A stretch of 39,899 nucleotides of DNA, taken from assembly GCA_900291995.1 (NCBI GenBank), contig OLMU01002029.1, forward strand, positions 1-39,899, written 5' to 3'. The notes under the pieces are model-generated. The model saw nothing but the letters and a program-made list of their open reading frames with translations, searched no databases and was not told the origin of the DNA. This document shows, piece by piece, positions 34,125 to 39,899 of the stretch (the stretch's first letter is position 1; each line of letters opens with the position of its first letter). The stretch is from Licmophora abbreviata. Lineage: Eukaryota. The position numbers and the translations under genes were made by a program.

Positions 34125-34351
34125 GCACTGCAGACGGCGAGGAGTGCCTCTTTGTACTCAACGTTGTTTTACGATATATAAACTTAACATTAGATGCCAG
34201 CATTTGAAACGATCTCACGTGTTGTAGGTGGAGTTATTTGCATTCTAAGTGTACGTGCTACACTTGAAGTCTCCTGTAGCACGGTCGCTTAAAGTCGTGA
34301 CCCTTTGCCACTATGTTATAGGAGTCACTTGAAACGCCTCTAGTCGCAGCA

Positions 34352-36451
34352 TCACACATCCCTCCCGGATTGATAAGACGGTTCGACGATGCTGCGCCGT
34401 GGTCGTATTGGTATTGGCTCGTTGGGCTTATCAGGCTCCACGCTCGACGACACGCGTCGCGACTGTCTCTTACTAGACCTACGGCTACTCGACCGCTGCT
34501 GTCTGTCGTGCGCATTGCACGTCCATGAGTCGGGCAAGTCTCGCACGGTCAGAGACCCTGGCGCTTTACTCTTTGGCGGGAGTACTCTGGTAGACAACAC
34601 TTCGCTCGGAACAGCACGGCGCACTTCCTTCCATACCAGTTGACCAACCAATCCATCCCGACAGCATCCTCCAAAAATCTGAAGCGCCATGTTGTTGCGA
34701 GTCTGGCCCTGCGGTACTAGATTGGCGATGGCCTTGAGCAAATTGCCGTAGCTGATCGTATCAGGAGCGAGCTCTTTGCGTAGCTGCGCAAAGGTTGAGA
34801 CGGCTATCTGCAACGCCGCTTTCTGTTGTTCCATTGTAGTGTCTTGTGCAGAAAACGCAGCAGCGTTCAACACAGTATTAAATGGCACCACTGTAGGTCT
34901 CAGTTCGTGACGTTTTGTAGTGCGATGTAGTTCCAGCAATGTATCGAGAACATCGCGGGCCTGTGCGCTCTTGTCGGGCAATCGTGATTTGGCGAGAGCA
35001 TTCAAGACAGAGGTGAAGCTGTAGACATCAGGGAAGATGTTGGGGTTGTTTGTTTTGAGCATGTAGTCCAATACAGCTTGCGCACGAGATGCCGCTTCCG
35101 GCTGTGGACTTTTGGAGTACGCGTGTAGCACAGAGTTATATGAGACCGTGTTGGGATGAGGCGCCAAGTCTGGAGAATCGTGTGCGTGATCCTGCATTTG
35201 CTGCAGAATACGCTCAGCCTGTTGGGCGGCATTCATATGGCCGCTGTGACTCCAAGCTGACAGGACGCTGTTGTACGTGACAGTATCGGGTACTGTATCG
35301 TAGCCCTTAGTGGCATGCAAGTCTTGCATGCGCTTCAATAGAGCCATCGCCTTGGTTCCAGCACGTGGATCGTTGCTGGAGCCCCACGCGTGAATGACGG
35401 AGTTGAATATAATGACATCGGGCTTGACAGCGCTCTTATTGCTTCGACCCTGGTACAGCATGCGATCTAGAAACAATTCGGCCTTTTCAGCAGCATCCCC
35501 TGAGCCGCACCGCGCGTATGCGTTGACAACGGTCCCATAGGAATGCACGGTTGGCTGGATTTTATCGCTCTGAAAAGCTTCCATGCGCTCGAGAATGAGT
35601 CGCGCTCGGTCTGCTGCCTCCATATTAGACTGTAGTGCCCACGCATTCAACACAGCATCGCATGTTACGGTCGACACTGCGAGACTATCGTCGTTCACCA
35701 CGTTCTGGTGATGTTCGAGCAACTCAAACAAGAGCCGTTCCGCATTTTGGGCAGCATCTTTCGTACGAGTCCTGGCATAGGCATCAATCACGCTCGTGTA
35801 CGAGACGGCATTTGGTGGAATATCTTCGCTTTGCATTTCTCGGAGCACCCTCTCAGCCTGCATCCCTCCCTTCCCCGATTTGGCAAGAGCGTTCAACAGC
35901 AGATTGTACGCTTGAACGCGTGGCTTGTAGTCGTCAATTTCGGTAGACTCGCTAAGCTTCTTCATTCGCAGAATCATTTCCTGGGCCTTCTTGACAGCTT
36001 TCGGATCGCCTGTCTGAATCGAATCATCGACATCCTTCATCATGATGTAACGCTTCTTCTTCCATTTGGACTTGGAGAATCTCGACTTGGATGAGTTTTC
36101 GACTGTGCCCGGATCTAGATCCAGATTTTCGTTTGGAATACAATCTCCCTTCCCAGGTTCAGAAGTTTCAGTATCCATTGTGTTGTCTTCGCTAGGCTCG
36201 AATGCGAAACATAGCCTCCAGGTCTCCACTGGATACTTCCAAGTCAGAAGTCGAGAGTACCGTTGCTTCTCGAAATTCGAGACTGGTAAAATGAAGGTTT
36301 CCCCTCGACCCAAAAGGAAAGCGATTGCTAATCCAAACGTGACTGGGTAATCCCGCGGAGTAAATACTTTTCTTGGCTGTCCCATCGTTATGAAAGAAGT
36401 CATAAGGACCATTTGGGACCGACGACGGCGCCTCGATAAAGCGTTCACCAT
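34352..36451 (-). CDS. Pentatricopeptide-repeat (PPR) protein, up to 699 aa, intronless, possibly plastid-targeted
   Basis: About 9-10 PPR repeats (PNAVSYTSVIDAYAR, PDTVTYNSVLSAWSHSG, PDVYSFTSVLNALAK). Hydrophobic VTFGLAIAFLLGRGET followed by F suggests a bipartite presequence. The true start may be a downstream ATG. Confidence 0.88.
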   Translation of the reverse strand: MVNALSRRRRRSQMVLMTSFITMGQPRKVFTPRDYPVTFGLAIAFLLGRGETFILPVSNFEKQRYSRLLTWKYPVETWRLCFAFEPSEDNTMDTETSEPGKGDCIPNENLDLDPGTVENSSKSRFSKSKWKKKRYIMMKDVDDSIQTGDPKAVKKAQEMILRMKKLSESTEIDDYKPRVQAYNLLLNALAKSGKGGMQAERVLREMQSEDIPPNAVSYTSVIDAYARTRTKDAAQNAERLLFELLEHHQNVVNDDSLAVSTVTCDAVLNAWALQSNMEAADRARLILERMEAFQSDKIQPTVHSYGTVVNAYARCGSGDAAEKAELFLDRMLYQGRSNKSAVKPDVIIFNSVIHAWGSSNDPRAGTKAMALLKRMQDLHATKGYDTVPDTVTYNSVLSAWSHSGHMNAAQQAERILQQMQDHAHDSPDLAPHPNTVSYNSVLHAYSKSPQPEAASRAQAVLDYMLKTNNPNIFPDVYSFTSVLNALAKSRLPDKSAQARDVLDTLLELHRTTKRHELRPTVVPFNTVLNAAAFSAQDTTMEQQKAALQIAVSTFAQLRKELAPDTISYGNLLKAIANLVPQGQTRNNMALQIFGGCCRDGLVGQLVWKEVRRAVPSEVLSTRVLPPKSKAPGSLTVRDLPDSWTCNAHDRQQRSSSRRSSKRQSRRVSSSVEPDKPNEPIPIRPRRSIVEPSYQSGRDV

Positions 36452-37059
36452 GGATCATGGGAGTTCAAGCTACCGGTATTGCCGCCTCACGAGGTACGAG
36501 CTTTTCATGTCGAATGGACTGCACCGGAAGGCATTGAGCATGGGTACAGGCAGGCTGTACCGGTAGTAGGTCCAGGTAACGGAAGTCTACGAGCAATCAA
36601 AAAGCCCATATCTATTCGTTCGCTTCTTGCTATATCCCCGCCAATCTATCTGAACACCTCTTACGGTGCTGGTATGTTACACGAGAGATTTTCATGACAG
36701 TGCGACGCAGCTGAATGGAAGCGGGCCAAACATAAACGTATCGACTCCAGAGAAACCTCAATCGACGGCATGCCGCGGACGCACATATGAGAGAAACTTC
36801 CTAGCTAGATTACTATTAGTTTCTTAATTTGCTCAGACATGTACTGACAATGACAAAGATGGTCGGTAGCTAGTTGGCTAGAGCATTGACCTGAGATCTG
36901 CGAGGTGCACGCGACAGCGCGACGGCCAATCGCCATGCAGCAGAGAAGCATCTCCACGAAGACACCAAACAAAGATCGCCAACGAAAGCACGCCGCGCAT
37001 TCGTATTCTTCACGTTTATTCTGGCCTGGTCGGTCGGATCCTTTCATTGCCCTGGTTGC

Positions 37060-37497
37060 TCATTCCAGGACTTGGTCAAGGAATATCTCGATTTCGCCAT
37101 TGTATTTCGATGTCGCAGTGCCTCCAGAGGCCATAGGTGCGTCAAATGTAATATCGCCGGATACGATTATCTTGGTGGCTCCGCGATTCATCAAGCTCTT
37201 CCCTGCCGCACCCAGCCCCGTCCACTTAAACGTCATGGGGATCTTTTCCTTGACGGTTGTGCTTGCTGGTATAGTGAAGTCATGACTGCTAACGCCCTCG
37301 GACAGAACGGTGCCATCTGAGGCCTTCTTAAGCACATAAACTAGTCGGGTGGCAGGGAGTGAAGCCGGATTAGGATTCTGAACTGCCAATAGAACGTCCA
37401 GCTTGACCCCGGCAAAGGAAAAGGATTGAACCTCGGCACTGACCACTGTTACTTCAGGGCTCACGAAGAACCCCGTCTTGCTCATGCAAGGACCCAT
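37060..37497 (-). CDS. LEA_2 / WHy-domain (LEA14-like) protein, 145 aa
   Basis: PEVTV, LAVQNPNP and alternating beta-strand pattern are typical of LEA_2. The first ATG (37497) gives MGPCMSK. Confidence 0.8.
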   Translation of the reverse strand: MGPCMSKTGFFVSPEVTVVSAEVQSFSFAGVKLDVLLAVQNPNPASLPATRLVYVLKKASDGTVLSEGVSSHDFTIPASTTVKEKIPMTFKWTGLGAAGKSLMNRGATKIIVSGDITFDAPMASGGTATSKYNGEIEIFLDQVLE

Positions 37498-38213
37498 ATT
37501 ATCTACCGTCCGATGCAAACTTGCGCTTTTCGCTGCCTGCAGCAATGAGAAGCAGTAGAAGAGAATGCGGGTAGCACCGAGGGGGAAGAGTCACGATTTT
37601 TACTGTAGCAGCTGCTGACGGGCACCACGTTTGATGGGTGGGGATCTTCGTCGGTGTCACCGCCGCCTCGCCTTACGTCATCTCGTCGGCGCGAGGCCAC
37701 CGCGTTGTCGCGCGGGTGGCGGAACTACGAGAAGGTCCTAGTGGAAGGATGAGTTTCGAACTGCTTTTAGATTCGAAGCCAGACCTACTGGTATCACAAA
37801 CAGGAAAAAGACTACCCTAGCCTCCACCTACTTATTGAAAGCAGCACTGTGAAACATATCAATGTATGGACCACTTATAAGCGTGACGGTTCTGAACCGT
37901 ATTCAAAAGACGTGACTGGCGACAAGCGCTCGTTTTCGACTCCTGCCGGTTGATCTGCGCGCATCGTACTGTTTCCTGTGAGTATCAGTCGCGTCTATCT
38001 CTTCAGTGTGCTCCTTGGTGCAAGCCTTGGAGCTGAATGGTGTCTTCGCGCACTTTCCCTGTAGCGACACAGCAAATTCAGTTGCCTCGAACCGTGCATC
38101 GGGGACCCGGTGCCAAATGTCACCGAAGGCACATATACCGGTAGTAAGGAGCCAAGGGACACATCTGACCGCCGTACCTAACGACTGCCTTCGCAAATCA
38201 GATCAAGAACAAC

Positions 38214-39560
38214 CTACTTTTGCTCGAACAGGTTTGGATGTTGTTGTCTAGCCTCCATGGTCCGTGCATTGGCGCTTTCCACACACGAAGCAACATTCTC
38301 AAGCGCGGTCTCGACCCGAGCAGCATACTCTTCCTCTTTCTCGTCCGAATGCTGGAGCGCCTTTGTCATTGATGAGTGCTGCAGCGGACACAACACCTTT
38401 GCCATGCACAATGTCAGGTCCATCGACGCCTTGGCACATTCGTCATCTGTCTCACAAGCATTCATCCGGGCCTGCGCCTTCTGGCACTGCTTCAGCATGC
38501 TCGAAAACGAGTTAGCTAGAGCAGTGGCCTCTTCGTTGCTAATCTCGGAAGGCAGCCGCTGCTGCTCCTCTAAATCTTTCTGCTGCTTGGCATTTTGAAT
38601 GTTATCCCACGTTTGGATACTGTCTTTCACTTGACTCTTCATGTCGGACGAGGGCATCATATGCAGTGGAGCGAAGGTCGTAGAGTGCGCGACATGCCGA
38701 GCGTAGGGCATTCGCACAGCACGATCAAAGATTTCGCTGGGACCATCTAAAGCGGGACGCACGTCAACCACCAAGCTGGGTGTCGCGTCAAAATCATGCA
38801 TGTGGGGCATGCCTGAGTCTTCCTCTTCCGATGCACGACTGTCGTCGTGGTAGTAGTCAATCACATAGCGTACCGTCGTCCCGTCGTTGCGCAAAACCGT
38901 CCAGTCATGCCGATCAAAAGGGAGTGGATGGTTCAGCACGTTGTGCTTGAACCATGCCTTGGGAGATAGATCCGAGGGCCTGCCCAGGAACTTCAACAAC
39001 TTTGGAGGTTCACCCGGACAAACAACCTCCTCCCACTCCAAGACCTTCTTCCAGGTTCGTTCGTTCATGTTGTTATGGAGCGCCACAACCGAGTCGATAT
39101 CTGATTCTTCTGTTGATCCAAGTTTTCCTTTCCGAGCTAGAGCATTGTAAAACATTTGCGGCGATGGATACGTCCACGTCGTCCCCTCGTCGGCGCCGCC
39201 CTATGAATCGACCGACGACAAGAAGTGAGAAAAAGCGCTTTTTGATTTCTATCGGTTTGAACGACAAGAGTGGATGGCAAAAGGTACCTTTGGGATCGTA
39301 CTCTTGACACGTTTCGTCGAGAGCTCTTCTTTCTGTCCAGGAGACGGCATCTGGCTTGCGACGACCGGCATTTGATTCTTGGGGTCGATTGGCTGAGAGT
39401 AAACGTTGAATTGCTGGTGTTTCTCCGTCTTCCCGGTGTGATTGACGGGGCAGCCTCCTCCTTGCGCTTGCTTGGAGGGAGCCGAATGCTTTACTGGACA
39501 TCCTGGACTGGTATCCGGGGTTGGAGATCCATCGCTTTGTTTCGAAGGAGAAGATCCCAT
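38214..39560 (-). CDS. HCCS: Holocytochrome c synthase (cytochrome c/c1 heme lyase) with C-terminal Cys-rich extension (~419 aa); exons 39560-39288 and 39200-38214
   Basis: Intron 39287-39201 (GTACCT...TCATAG, 87 nt, phase 0). Two CPV heme-regulatory motifs, plus LST.R..STIPK, WTYPSPQMFYNALARKG, HNNMNERTW, PFDRHDW, RYVIDYY and DVRPALD. Confidence 0.95.
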
Positions 39561-39862
39561 GGTCGATTCGATGATGTGGTGAATTTTTCAAAAGAAGTGA
39601 GAAAAATTGGAAATGGTTGAGAAGACATCATCGGTGAGCGCTCTTGACAGCCACGAATAGTGAGTCATTCGACCCCATAACCCATGAATTGATCCCTGCG
39701 ACCCAAAAGATGAGACTGGTGACTGAGATTGAAGATGGTTCTGAATTTGTTGACTGAGATACAAGTATTGACACCATGACATATCGCGAGGACGCTCTGC
39801 TGCTTCTATTCCGCCGGTGTCTGTCGTCGCTGTCTCCCACTTTCTGACCTTCACGTATAACG

Positions 39863-39899
39863 ATGAACAGCATAGCTGCCCCGGTTGCCTCACGCCGAA
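39863..39899 (+). CDS. Possible 5' end of a divergent gene running off the window (MNSIAAPVASRR...)
   Basis: ATG about 300 bp from the HCCS start in head-to-head orientation, open to the window edge. Only 12 codons are visible. Confidence 0.2.
   Translation, partial: MNSIAAPVASRR

Noticed and set aside
37690..37725. GC-rich hairpin GCCACCGCG...CGCGGGTGGC upstream of the LEA_2 gene
   Set aside because: Single imperfect stem with no other RNA-family features; plausible by chance.
39613..39875. Possible micro-exon (MVEKTSS|GTGAGC) and intron, with TGACTGAGAT repeated twice
   Set aside because: Only ~50 bp from the HCCS start, and the downstream frame cannot be evaluated at the window edge. 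No convincing snoRNA boxes.
1..39899. CRISPR arrays, rRNA, intact tRNAs, intact transposases or LTR elements, prokaryotic operons
   Set aside because: None seen by eye. The sequence is intron-containing eukaryotic DNA.

Overview
Gene-dense eukaryotic genomic DNA with short GT-AG introns (77-236 nt), most likely from a diatom or related ochrophyte. The taxonomic inference rests on an ASAFAP-type bipartite plastid presequence on a PsbP-like protein, long-repeat PPR proteins and compact introns. About 14 protein-coding genes can be reconstructed by hand: a TMEM220-like protein, an F-box protein fused to USP48-type DUSP domains, a ~1,550-aa coiled-coil/Q-rich unknown, two inverted paralogous putative glycosyltransferases, EMC5/MMgT, a ~2,730-aa TMEM131-like protein (its signal-peptide exon is missing from the ORF track), a PsbP-like protein, DDB1, two PPR proteins, a two-TM unknown, an acylated LEA_2/WHy protein and holocytochrome c synthase with a twin-CX9C tail. 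No rRNA, CRISPR array or intact transposon was seen. The best leads are the F-box::DUSP fusion, the HCCS::CX9C fusion, a ~112-nt tRNA-Ala-like/Pol III-like element at 10883-11001, two unexplained -1 frame breaks in the two largest genes, and a possible decayed copia-type remnant at ~20.8-21.0 kb. All family assignments come from motif recognition by eye; no searches were run.
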